A stretch of DNA of 64,000 nucleotides, taken from Candidatus Falkowbacteria bacterium (GTDB taxonomy: Bacteria; Patescibacteriota; Patescibacteriia; Patescibacteriales; UBA12075). A program made the translations under genes and the position numbers. Numbering within the stretch: position 1 is the first letter of the stretch; each line of letters begins with the position of its first letter. Location: contig DOSJ01000019.1 in NCBI GenBank assembly GCA_003514005.1, positions 22,868 to 86,867 of the forward strand, given 5' to 3'. Shown piece by piece: positions 17,531 through 25,346 of the stretch. The notes under the pieces were generated by a model that ran no database searches, was not told the origin of the DNA, and worked only from the letters and a program-made list of their open reading frames with translations.

Positions 17531-18553
17531 ATGTATAGAGTAATAAAATTAAATTTTATAATCTGTTTTATTTTTTTTGCCATTACTCCATTACTTGTTT
17601 CCGCCGAAGCCAATTGGACAATGCCTGACCCCAAAATACCTATTCCCGGCATGAAAGTTTTAAAAGATTTGCAGCCTGACTGCACTGAAACAGATTCAAA
17701 TGGTAAATCAATCTGCACCATGCCTTGGCTAAATGAATACATTGCCGGAATTTACAAATACGTTATCGGCATCGTAGCAATTCTCGCCACAATCGTAATG
17801 ATGATCGGTGGAGTAATTTGGATTACAGCCGCCGGCGACTCCGGGCGTATCGGCGAAGCCAAGCAATGGATAACCGGAGCGGTTACCGGCATGGTATTAG
17901 TTTTTTCTTCTTATACGATTCTATATTTTGTAAATCCGGATTTGGTGAAGTTAAAGCCGATTAAAGTGGAAAGAATTGTTAAAATGGAGCCGTTAAAACC
18001 CGCAAATATTTCTACAAATGCCTTTGTGAGCAATGCCTGCAAAGATACCGGAAGCAATAAAGTAATTTACTTTAACAATTATTCGGAAAAAACACCTATT
18101 CCAAGCGCATGCAGTGCGTACAGCGCAGAATTTGCAAAATATGGAGTTGACAAAAAAATATTGACTGCTATAGCTTCCCAGGAGTCGGGATGTAATCCAG
18201 GCTTAACAAGCTCGGCGGGCGCCTGTGGTATAATGCAATTGATGCCAGACACTGCCAAGATATATAATAAAGATGCTAGTTGCGAATGGTTAATACAGCA
18301 TCCTGAAGAAAGTATTAAAATTGCATCTTACTACATTATTGCAAATACTAATTTAAACACAAAAACATCTGATATTTTTGCTGGATATAATAGCGGTTAT
18401 GGAACCGGGGTAGTGAATGGGAAAGTCGGCGGTCTTGCCCCGAGTAGCGATTGCAAAGGATTTAAGGCATACGAATGCTGTATCAACCCCGGTGGACTAG
18501 TTGAAACACAAGATTATGTAATGAAAACTTTAGGGTATTATAATAGTCAATAA
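17531..18553 (+). CDS. TrbC/VirB2-like two-TM module fused to lytic transglycosylase (SLT) domain
   Basis: 340 aa. Paralogous N-terminal module (nt 17735-17968). C-terminal SLT motifs AIASQESGCNP, GIMQLMPDTA and AGYNSGYG. Confidence 0.65.
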   Translation: MYRVIKLNFIICFIFFAITPLLVSAEANWTMPDPKIPIPGMKVLKDLQPDCTETDSNGKSICTMPWLNEYIAGIYKYVIGIVAILATIVMMIGGVIWITAAGDSGRIGEAKQWITGAVTGMVLVFSSYTILYFVNPDLVKLKPIKVERIVKMEPLKPANISTNAFVSNACKDTGSNKVIYFNNYSEKTPIPSACSAYSAEFAKYGVDKKILTAIASQESGCNPGLTSSAGACGIMQLMPDTAKIYNKDASCEWLIQHPEESIKIASYYIIANTNLNTKTSDIFAGYNSGYGTGVVNGKVGGLAPSSDCKGFKAYECCINPGGLVETQDYVMKTLGYYNSQ

Positions 18554-18561
18554 AACACTTT

Positions 18562-18805
18562 ATGCCAAAAAAACTAAAACCAATCCACCCTGGAGAAATA
18601 TTAATGGAAGAGTTCTTGCTACCTGAATATCAGTCAATATCGTGTAGCAAAGGATATTAATGTTCCCGCGCGTCGAATTAACGAAATTGTACATGGAAAA
18701 AGAGCAATCAGCGCGGATACCGCTCTGCGACTTGGAAAATATTTTAAAGTTTCTCCGCAGTTCTGGCTAAATTTACAATCTCGCTATATAAATAGTGGCA
18801 CTTGA
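18562..18805 (+). pseudogene. frameshifted HigA-type (XRE HTH) antitoxin
   Basis: MPKKLKPIHPGEILMEEFLLP stops at 18660. The expected continuation ISQYRVAKDINVPARRINEIVHGKRAISADTALRLGKYFKVSPQFWLNLQSRY is intact in another frame up to TGA 18803-18805. No higB is adjacent. Confidence 0.7.
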
Positions 18806-18830
18806 CATTGTATTACAATTGTAATACAAT
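18802..18830 (+). promoter_or_regulatory. sigma70 promoter with overlapping 22-bp palindromic operator
   Basis: TTGACA (18802-18807), 17 nt, TACAAT (18825-18830). The spacer plus -10 is the perfect palindrome ttgtattacaa|ttgtaatacaa (18808-18829). Sits 27 nt upstream of the antitoxin ATG. Confidence 0.7.
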
Positions 18831-18857
18831 AATACCATAACTATTAACATTAAAATT

Positions 18858-19082
18858 ATGCGACAAGTATTAAGCATTTCAATGCCAGGACAACTAATAA
18901 GCAAGGTAAAAGAACGAATCGAAAACAGGGGTTTTAAATCTGTTAGCGATTATATCAAGTTCTTGATCAAAGAAGATGATGATTTTTTAACTGATGACGA
19001 GATATTAACGGCAGTGAAAGAAGCTGATCGTGATTACAAACTTGGTAAATTAAAAGTACTTAAATCATTAGATGACCTATAA
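18858..19082 (+). CDS. ribbon-helix-helix type antitoxin (RelB/ParD-like)
   Basis: 74 aa, acidic. Directly upstream (5-nt gap) of a RelE/YafQ-like toxin ORF, behind the palindromic operator. Confidence 0.55.
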   Translation: MRQVLSISMPGQLISKVKERIENRGFKSVSDYIKFLIKEDDDFLTDDEILTAVKEADRDYKLGKLKVLKSLDDL

Positions 19083-19087
19083 CAAGT

Positions 19088-19366
19088 ATGATAGTAGGAG
19101 AAATATTATATTCTAATACTTTTTGTAATTGCTACAAAAAAATATCTGTGGAATTGCAAAATATTACGAAAAAAAAAGTAGAAATTTTCAAAACCAACCC
19201 CCTGCATCCTTCACTTCGCCTTCATGAATTACATGGCAAATTGTCTGGCTTATGGTCCATTTCTATAAACACTAATTACAGAATTATTTTTAAAAGAAAA
19301 GAAAATGGTGATATTATTTTTGTAATAATCGGCAAACACGATACCTACAAAAATCTAAATAATTAA
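19088..19366 (+). CDS. RelE/YafQ-family mRNA interferase toxin
   Basis: 92 aa with NPLHPSLRLHELHGKLSGLWSISINTNYRIIF....GDIIFVIIGKHD, typical of RelE/YafQ toxins. Confidence 0.7.
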   Translation: MIVGEILYSNTFCNCYKKISVELQNITKKKVEIFKTNPLHPSLRLHELHGKLSGLWSISINTNYRIIFKRKENGDIIFVIIGKHDTYKNLNN

Positions 19367-19368
19367 AA

Positions 19369-19399
19369 CCTGGATTCCCGCCTCCGCGGGAATGACAAG
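19369..19399. repeat. solo hairpin end of the GTCATTCC MITE family
   Basis: cctggattcccgcctccgcgggaatgacaag closely matches the right end of copy D (37638-37667). No partner end nearby. Confidence 0.6.
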
Positions 19400-19403
19400 A
19401 TGA

Positions 19404-19622
19404 ATGATTTATTTTACAAAATACTCCGAACAAAAATTTGAAATCCTGAACAAGTACCAGGTGTTTTTTCGTAAGGAAGAGATTTGTGACGCGGTTTTAA
19501 ATCCGGACAAAATTTCAAAAAAAGGGAAATATTTGTCAGCGCGGAAAGACGGGATTAAGGTTGTTTATGATAAGAAGGCGGGTGTTATTCGCGTTATTAC
19601 TTTTTATCCAATTAAAATATAA
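19404..19622 (+). CDS. small DUF4258-like protein (putative toxin)
   Basis: 72 aa. Resembles the DUF4258 pattern (..NPDKISKKGKYLSARK...KVVYDKKAGVIRVITFYP) and is followed by a DUF2283-like ORF. Weak assignment. Confidence 0.4.
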   Translation: MIYFTKYSEQKFEILNKYQVFFRKEEICDAVLNPDKISKKGKYLSARKDGIKVVYDKKAGVIRVITFYPIKI

Positions 19623-19624
19623 TA

Positions 19625-19708
19625 CGAATACTACAAATAACATTCAAATACTACAAAAATTTTTCAATTCAACATTTTGTAGTATTTGAATATCATTTGT
19701 AGCATTTG
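19625..19708. repeat. intergenic hairpin, TACTACAAA word family
   Basis: cgaatactacaaataacattcaaatactacaaaa vs ttttgtagtatttgaatatcatttgtagcatt. The same words occur at 45563-45640 and 49455-49490. Confidence 0.7.
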
Positions 19709-19732
19709 AATTATAAGTTTTTACACAAAAAC

Positions 19733-19954
19733 ATGCTCTACGACCCCGAAGCCAACATAATATCCCTGCCAATCGGCAAAGGAAAGATTACTCATACGAG
19801 TGAATTCGGTAATTTTATTATCCACCTATCCGACGCGAAAAAACCGATACTGATCGAGATTTTAGATGCGTCAAAGTTTATGGGGCAGTTTGATAAGATT
19901 AAGAATGTTGGGGATATTAAAAAAATGTTACCGACAATCAACCAATTGAATTAA
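19733..19954 (+). CDS. DUF2283-like protein (putative antitoxin partner)
   Basis: MLYDPEANIISLPIGKGKI..IIHLSDAKKPILIEILDASKF fits DUF2283. ATG 19733 preferred; the track TTG start 19706 lies inside the hairpin. Confidence 0.6.
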   Translation: MLYDPEANIISLPIGKGKITHTSEFGNFIIHLSDAKKPILIEILDASKFMGQFDKIKNVGDIKKMLPTINQLN

Positions 19955-19970
19955 AATTTTTTTAAAAAAA

Positions 19971-20036
19971 GTTAATTAGTTAATTAGTGATTAGGAGCAT
20001 AATCCACTCGGCCTAATCACTAATTAACTAATCAAC
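19971..20036. repeat. hairpin upstream of porB, TTAATTAG word family
   Basis: gttaattagttaattagtgattagg vs cctaatcactaattaactaatcaac, a near-perfect 25-bp inverted repeat. Confidence 0.75.
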
Positions 20037-20050
20037 TAATAACATATTAT

Positions 20051-20995
20051 ATGCCAATAACCACAGAACAAAAAACAATCACAAAACCAAAACCCACCCC
20101 CTCCCTCTTCGCCGCCGGCCACCGGGGTTGTGCGGGATGCGGACAGATGCTGGCCGCGCGCACTGTTATCAATGCGCTAGGGACCAATACGATTATTGCG
20201 AACGCGACCGGGTGTTTGGAAGTTACCACCACGCCTTATCCGGAAAGCGCATGGGGTGTGCCGTGGATACATTCACTTTTTGAAAATCCGGCCGCGGTTG
20301 CGTCTGGAATATTGGCGGGACTTAAACAAAAAGGCAAGGACAAAAAAGTAAAAATCCTTGTACAGGGCGGCGACGGCGGTACTTTTGATATCGGTTTTGG
20401 GCTGATCAGCGGTATGTGGGAACGAGGCGAAAATATTCTTTATGTTTGCTACGACAATGAAGCCTACTCCAATACCGGCATGCAGGCATCAGGCGCAACA
20501 CCTTGGGCATCCAATACCACGACCACCCCGGCCGGAAGCGGAACAACGATAGACGCAATCGGCTCGCATCAAAGCAAAAAAGACATGATCGCGATCGCTT
20601 TGGCGCACGGTGTCAAATACGTCGCACAATGTACAACCGGCTACCTGGAAGACATCGAGGCCAAAGTAAAAAAAGCGGCAACAATCGAAGGTCCGTCATA
20701 TATCCAGATCCTTGCTCCCTGCATACCCGGCTGGCACATAAAACCGGACCAGGCCATGAGCCTAAGCCGTCTTGCCACCCAAACCGGCCTTTATCCCCTT
20801 TTGGAATATACTGACGGAGCGTTAACCAAAGTTATGCCGGTCCCAGCTAATACGCCGCGCGTCGAAGAATATCTAAAACCGCAAGGACGCTTTTCTCATC
20901 TATTCAAAGGCGACCACGGCAAAGAATTGATCGCGCAAGTACAGGCTTTGGCGGATGGGAATATTTTGAAGTATGGATTGAAAAAAGTGACTTAA
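20051..20995 (+). CDS. porB: 2-oxoacid:ferredoxin oxidoreductase beta subunit (TPP-binding)
   Basis: 314 aa with GHRGCAGCG, GGDGGTFDIGF and YVCYDNEAYSNTG, typical of POR beta. Confidence 0.85.
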   Translation: MPITTEQKTITKPKPTPSLFAAGHRGCAGCGQMLAARTVINALGTNTIIANATGCLEVTTTPYPESAWGVPWIHSLFENPAAVASGILAGLKQKGKDKKVKILVQGGDGGTFDIGFGLISGMWERGENILYVCYDNEAYSNTGMQASGATPWASNTTTTPAGSGTTIDAIGSHQSKKDMIAIALAHGVKYVAQCTTGYLEDIEAKVKKAATIEGPSYIQILAPCIPGWHIKPDQAMSLSRLATQTGLYPLLEYTDGALTKVMPVPANTPRVEEYLKPQGRFSHLFKGDHGKELIAQVQALADGNILKYGLKKVT

Positions 20996-21042
20996 GTTAA
21001 TTAGTAATTAGTTAATTAGGGAATAAAAAATAATCCTCTTTT

Positions 21043-21153
21043 TTGTCATCTCGCAGCGAAGCGGAGAGATCCCTTAACGATTAATTATATATAGATTATT
21101 TTATTTTTTGAACCATGTTTAAGAGATTCCTCCGCTTCGCTACGGAATGACAA
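21043..21153. mobile_element. ORF-less miniature of the GIY-YIG-element ends (element G)
   Basis: ttgtcatctcgcagcgaagcggagagatccctta (21043-21076) and taagagattcctccgcttcgctacggaatgacaa (21120-21153) are inverted (about 28/34), separated by 43 nt. Confidence 0.65.
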
Positions 21154-21170
21154 AAAAAGTGAAATAACAA

Positions 21171-21208
21171 AAAATAAAAATCGGTTATTAAAACCGATTT
21201 TTATTTTA
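21171..21208. terminator. bidirectional terminator between convergent porB and rpoC
   Basis: Stem aaatcggtt / aaccgattt flanked by an A-run on the left and a T-run on the right. Confidence 0.65.
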
Positions 21209-21261
21209 TTATCTAAACAATTATCAAATCCCTATTCCCTAAGTACCTATGCCCTAATTAC

Positions 21262-24200
21262 CTAATAAATCTTCCTCTCCCGATTCCCCTTATACCCTGT
21301 CCCTGCCGGTATCAAGCGGCCGATAATAACATTCTCTTTCAATCCTTCCAGATAATCGATCTTGCCCGTAACCGCGGATTCGATCAAAACGCGAGCGGTT
21401 TCTTGGAATGATGCGGCGGATAGGAAACTGTCGGTTGACAAAGATGCTTTGGTAATACCCATAAGCAAACGAGTAGCTTTGATCTCTTTATTATTCTTGC
21501 GTCGTGCGCGCGCCAATACGCTGCCCTCGACTATTTCACCGGGCAAAAGATCAGAGTCGATCGTTTCGCTGATATAGAAGCGCGAGAACATCTGCTTGGC
21601 AATAATCTCAATATGTTTATCATTCAAAGGCTGACCTTGTGATGAATAAACGTTTTGAATTTCTTTGATAATATAGCGCTGTGTGCTTAAGCGGTCTTTG
21701 AGCGTGAATAACTGCTGTAAATCCATACTGCCGTCAGTCAATTGGTCGCCTTTCTTAACCTCTTCGCCCGCCTGCACCATAATCGACATTCCTTTGGGAA
21801 CGATAAATTCTTTTACTTTTTTCGTTTCCACCTTAATCTTTACGGACTTTTCATCAATCTCGACAACGCCGCCGTTATTCGCGATCACAACAATGTCTCC
21901 AGCCGTAAACAAGCGTGTACCGGCGCTGACTTTATCGCCTTCTTTCACTTCAATCTTCGGTTCAAAAGCTTCGGCAGATTTTTTGCCTTTGGTTTTAATA
22001 CCACTGTTTTTCTTATCACTGGCGGCTTTTTGCTGAGCTTCTTTTATGGTTTCCGCGAAATAATATTTATCAACGTCAATGCCGTCATAATTAATCTTGA
22101 GTATTTTTACCTGTGGGTTGCTGACTGTGGTTTTTCCGGTTTCATCCTCAATCGTCCGCTGTCCGGCTTCGATCGAAACCAAGCCGTCTACATCCGAAAT
22201 AAAGGCTTTGCGCTTTGGCGGCCGGCATTCGAATATTTCTTCCACGCGAGGCAAACCTTGGGTAATATCTTCACCGCCGGCAACACCACCCGAATGGAAG
22301 GTTCTCATAGTCAGCTGTGTTCCCGGCTCACCGATCGATTGCGCGGCAATAATTCCGACTGCGGTACCCAAAGAAACTTCTTTGTTGTGACCAAGATCCC
22401 AGCCATAGCAATGTGTACAAACACCGCGATCAAGTTTGCAGCTAAGCACGGAACGGATACAAGCTTCATTAACTTCTTCGTCCTGAATGGATTCAATAGT
22501 ATCTTCCACCATCAACGTGCCTTTTGGCACCAGAACCTTGCCTTTGACATTTTTCAAATCATCCGCCAAATAACGTCCGAGAATCCGATCCATTAAAGTC
22601 GTACCCATATTCTCGCTATCAATTTTTGTAAATACCAAACCTTCGGTATCGCCGCAATCATCGTCTGTGATAATAATATCTTGTGAAACATCCACCAAAC
22701 GTCTAGTCAAATAACCGGCATTAGCGGTACGCAAGGCAGTATCGGACAAACCTTTACGCACGCCATGGCTGGAAATAAAGTACTCCAAAACATCAAAACC
22801 GCGTTTGAAGTTTCCTTTGACAGGCAATTCGATAATATCACCCGAAGGAGAAGTCACAAGGCCCTTCATGCCCAGAATCTGCGTCAACTGTGCCCAGCTT
22901 CCACGGGCGCCGGAATCGATCATAGAAAATACCGGACCGTCTTTTGGCAAGCCCTTTTTACAAATATCCGTCACTCTTTCTTTTACACCTGACCAAAGCT
23001 CAATAACCTTGGCATAACGCTCGGAGTCGGTCAAAAGACCTTCGTCGTATTGATCTTGGATTTTTTCAACCATCTCTTGCGTATCAGAAATCAAAACATC
23101 TTTTTCCTCAAAGCGCGGCAAATCGCCCATACCCCAAGAAAGTCCGCTTTTTGTAATATAGCTAAAGCTTTTTTCTTTCAAATCATCCAAAAATTCACCG
23201 GTCTGTTTCGGACCATAATAGCGATAGCACAATTTTACCAAATTTTTCAATTTTCCTTTATCAACGACATGATTAACAAAGCGCAATTTTTCCGGCAAGA
23301 TATCATTAAAAATAATTCGTCCAACCGTAGTCTTGGTAACGCCGATATTTTCAAGTTTTACGAATATCGGATCATGCAGTTTGATGACTTTTGATTCATA
23401 AGCCAAGCGCGCTTCTTCACCAGATGAAAAACGCTTGATGTTTTTTTCTTCAATACTGCTTTTTACTTCGTTGGTAATATAATAAGTTCCCCAAACAATA
23501 TCTTGACCGGGCGCGACCACCGGGTCACCAGTAGCCGGCTTCAGCAGGTTCTTTGCAGAAAGCATGATGTTTTTTGCTTCATCCACCGCTTCTTTTGTCA
23601 ATGGAACATGTACGGCCATTTGATCACCATCAAAGTCAGCGTTAAACGCACTGCAAACCAAAGGGTGAATCTGAATCGCCTTGCCCTCAATCAAGATCGG
23701 CTTGAAGGCTTGGATACCCAAGCGATGAAGCGTTGGCGCACGGTTTAACATAACATAAGCGCCGTCAATGATTTTTTCCAAAATATCCCAAACAATATCT
23801 GCGCCGGATTCGATAAAACGCGAAGCACTGCGTACATTGTGTACTACTTCTTTTTCAATCAATTTGCTTATGATAAAAGGTTTGAAAAGCTCGATAGCCA
23901 TCAATTTTGGCAAACCGCATTGATCAAGTTTCAGTTTCGGATTTACCACGATAACGCTACGTCCGGAATAATCAATACGTTTCCCAAGCAAGTTCTGACG
24001 GAAACGGCCTTGTTTTCCTTTGAGCGAATCAGCCAAAGATTTTAACATGCGTTTCTGTCCAGTAGACGCGATAACGGTCTTGCCATGACGAGCAGAGTTG
24101 TCAATCAAAGCATCGACCGCTTCCTGCAACATTCTTTTCTCATTGCGCTGAATAACTTCCGGTGCGTTCAGGTCAATCAGCTGGCGAAGACGATTGTTAC

Positions 24201-25245
24201 GGTTAATAACCCTGCGATACAGATCGTTCAAATCGCTGGTCGCAAATCGTCCGCCGTCCAAAGCCACCATCGGTCGCAAATCCGGAGGGATAACCGGCAG
24301 AACCGTCAAAATCATCCATTCCGGCTTGATATCATTCGCGCGCAAGCTCTTGCAAAGCTTTAAGCGGCGCATCAATTTTTCTTTTTTAGAATCAATCGCT
24401 TCGATTAATTCGTTTTCCAGCCGAGTAATGGTCTTTTCGATATCAATCTTTTCCAAAAGCTTGCGAATCGCTTCCGCGCCGATACCAGCTTCAAAAATAT
24501 GCCCGTACTTAAGACTAAGATTCTGATAAGCGGTTTCCGAAATTATCAAAAGTGGTTTTAATTCTTTTAATTCACGCTGGGCGGTTTCCAAAGCATCCTG
24601 TAAATTCTCCATCTTCTCTTCTTTTACCTTGTCCAAAGCCTCGATATCCGCGGCAATTTTGGCATCCGCTTCGATTGCCGACATGCCTTCGTGCATCAAT
24701 TTTGCCTTGTGGTCTTTGATTGCCCGTGTTTGATTGGCAAAATCAGATTCGATTGATTTTTTCTTCTGTTTGAATTCATTCTTGATCTGTTCAACTGTCG
24801 CGTTTTTCAGATCTTCATCAACCGCGGTAACAATAAAGCTGGCAAAATAAACCACTTTTTCCAAAGCTTGCATGGACAAATCCAAAATCAACCCGACCTT
24901 CGAGGACAAACCGCGCAAAAACCAGATATGCGTGCATGGCGATTCCAAAACAATGTGTCCCATGCGTTCGCGGCGCACTTGACTGCGGGTTACTTCTACT
25001 CCGCATTTGTCGCAAATAATGCCTTTATAGCGGATTTTTTTATATTTTCCACAATAACATTCCCAGTCTTTTGAGGGACCGAAAATTTTCTCGCAGAACA
25101 AGCCGTCTTTTTCCGGCTTTTGCGTGCGATAATTGATGGTTTCCGGACGGACGACATGTCCATACGACCATTTTGTTATGACCTCCGGTGAAGCAAGCTT
25201 CAGCTTGATCGCATCAAAATCCGTTGTCTTTATCGGGTTAAGCAT
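21262..25245 (-). CDS. rpoC: DNA-directed RNA polymerase subunit beta prime
   Basis: 1327 aa with a Zn-binding CYCGKYKKIRYKGIICDKCG, the catalytic NADFDGDQMAVH, and trigger-loop and bridge-helix regions. Confidence 0.97.
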   Translation of the reverse strand: MLNPIKTTDFDAIKLKLASPEVITKWSYGHVVRPETINYRTQKPEKDGLFCEKIFGPSKDWECYCGKYKKIRYKGIICDKCGVEVTRSQVRRERMGHIVLESPCTHIWFLRGLSSKVGLILDLSMQALEKVVYFASFIVTAVDEDLKNATVEQIKNEFKQKKKSIESDFANQTRAIKDHKAKLMHEGMSAIEADAKIAADIEALDKVKEEKMENLQDALETAQRELKELKPLLIISETAYQNLSLKYGHIFEAGIGAEAIRKLLEKIDIEKTITRLENELIEAIDSKKEKLMRRLKLCKSLRANDIKPEWMILTVLPVIPPDLRPMVALDGGRFATSDLNDLYRRVINRNNRLRQLIDLNAPEVIQRNEKRMLQEAVDALIDNSARHGKTVIASTGQKRMLKSLADSLKGKQGRFRQNLLGKRIDYSGRSVIVVNPKLKLDQCGLPKLMAIELFKPFIISKLIEKEVVHNVRSASRFIESGADIVWDILEKIIDGAYVMLNRAPTLHRLGIQAFKPILIEGKAIQIHPLVCSAFNADFDGDQMAVHVPLTKEAVDEAKNIMLSAKNLLKPATGDPVVAPGQDIVWGTYYITNEVKSSIEEKNIKRFSSGEEARLAYESKVIKLHDPIFVKLENIGVTKTTVGRIIFNDILPEKLRFVNHVVDKGKLKNLVKLCYRYYGPKQTGEFLDDLKEKSFSYITKSGLSWGMGDLPRFEEKDVLISDTQEMVEKIQDQYDEGLLTDSERYAKVIELWSGVKERVTDICKKGLPKDGPVFSMIDSGARGSWAQLTQILGMKGLVTSPSGDIIELPVKGNFKRGFDVLEYFISSHGVRKGLSDTALRTANAGYLTRRLVDVSQDIIITDDDCGDTEGLVFTKIDSENMGTTLMDRILGRYLADDLKNVKGKVLVPKGTLMVEDTIESIQDEEVNEACIRSVLSCKLDRGVCTHCYGWDLGHNKEVSLGTAVGIIAAQSIGEPGTQLTMRTFHSGGVAGGEDITQGLPRVEEIFECRPPKRKAFISDVDGLVSIEAGQRTIEDETGKTTVSNPQVKILKINYDGIDVDKYYFAETIKEAQQKAASDKKNSGIKTKGKKSAEAFEPKIEVKEGDKVSAGTRLFTAGDIVVIANNGGVVEIDEKSVKIKVETKKVKEFIVPKGMSIMVQAGEEVKKGDQLTDGSMDLQQLFTLKDRLSTQRYIIKEIQNVYSSQGQPLNDKHIEIIAKQMFSRFYISETIDSDLLPGEIVEGSVLARARRKNNKEIKATRLLMGITKASLSTDSFLSAASFQETARVLIESAVTGKIDYLEGLKENVIIGRLIPAGTGYKGNRERKIY

Positions 25246-25256
25246 ATATTTTATTA

Positions 25257-25329
25257 AATTCTAATTTCTAATTTCTAAAGCCTAAATTTATGATTAAATT
25301 TAGAAATTAGAAATTAGAAATTAGAAATT
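25257..25329. repeat. rpoB-rpoC intergenic hairpin, TTAGAAA word family
   Basis: aattctaatttctaatttctaaagcctaaattt vs aaatttagaaattagaaattagaaattagaaat. The right arm is 4 units of a 7-nt period. Confidence 0.8.
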
Positions 25330-25346
25330 TTATTTAATTTTATTTA

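Noticed and set aside
16204-20036. The por-interrupting islet as a prophage, ICE or integron.
   Set aside because: No integrase, recombinase, transposase, capsid, relaxase or attC-like sites are present. Only GIY-YIG elements, pilin-like genes and TA modules are seen.
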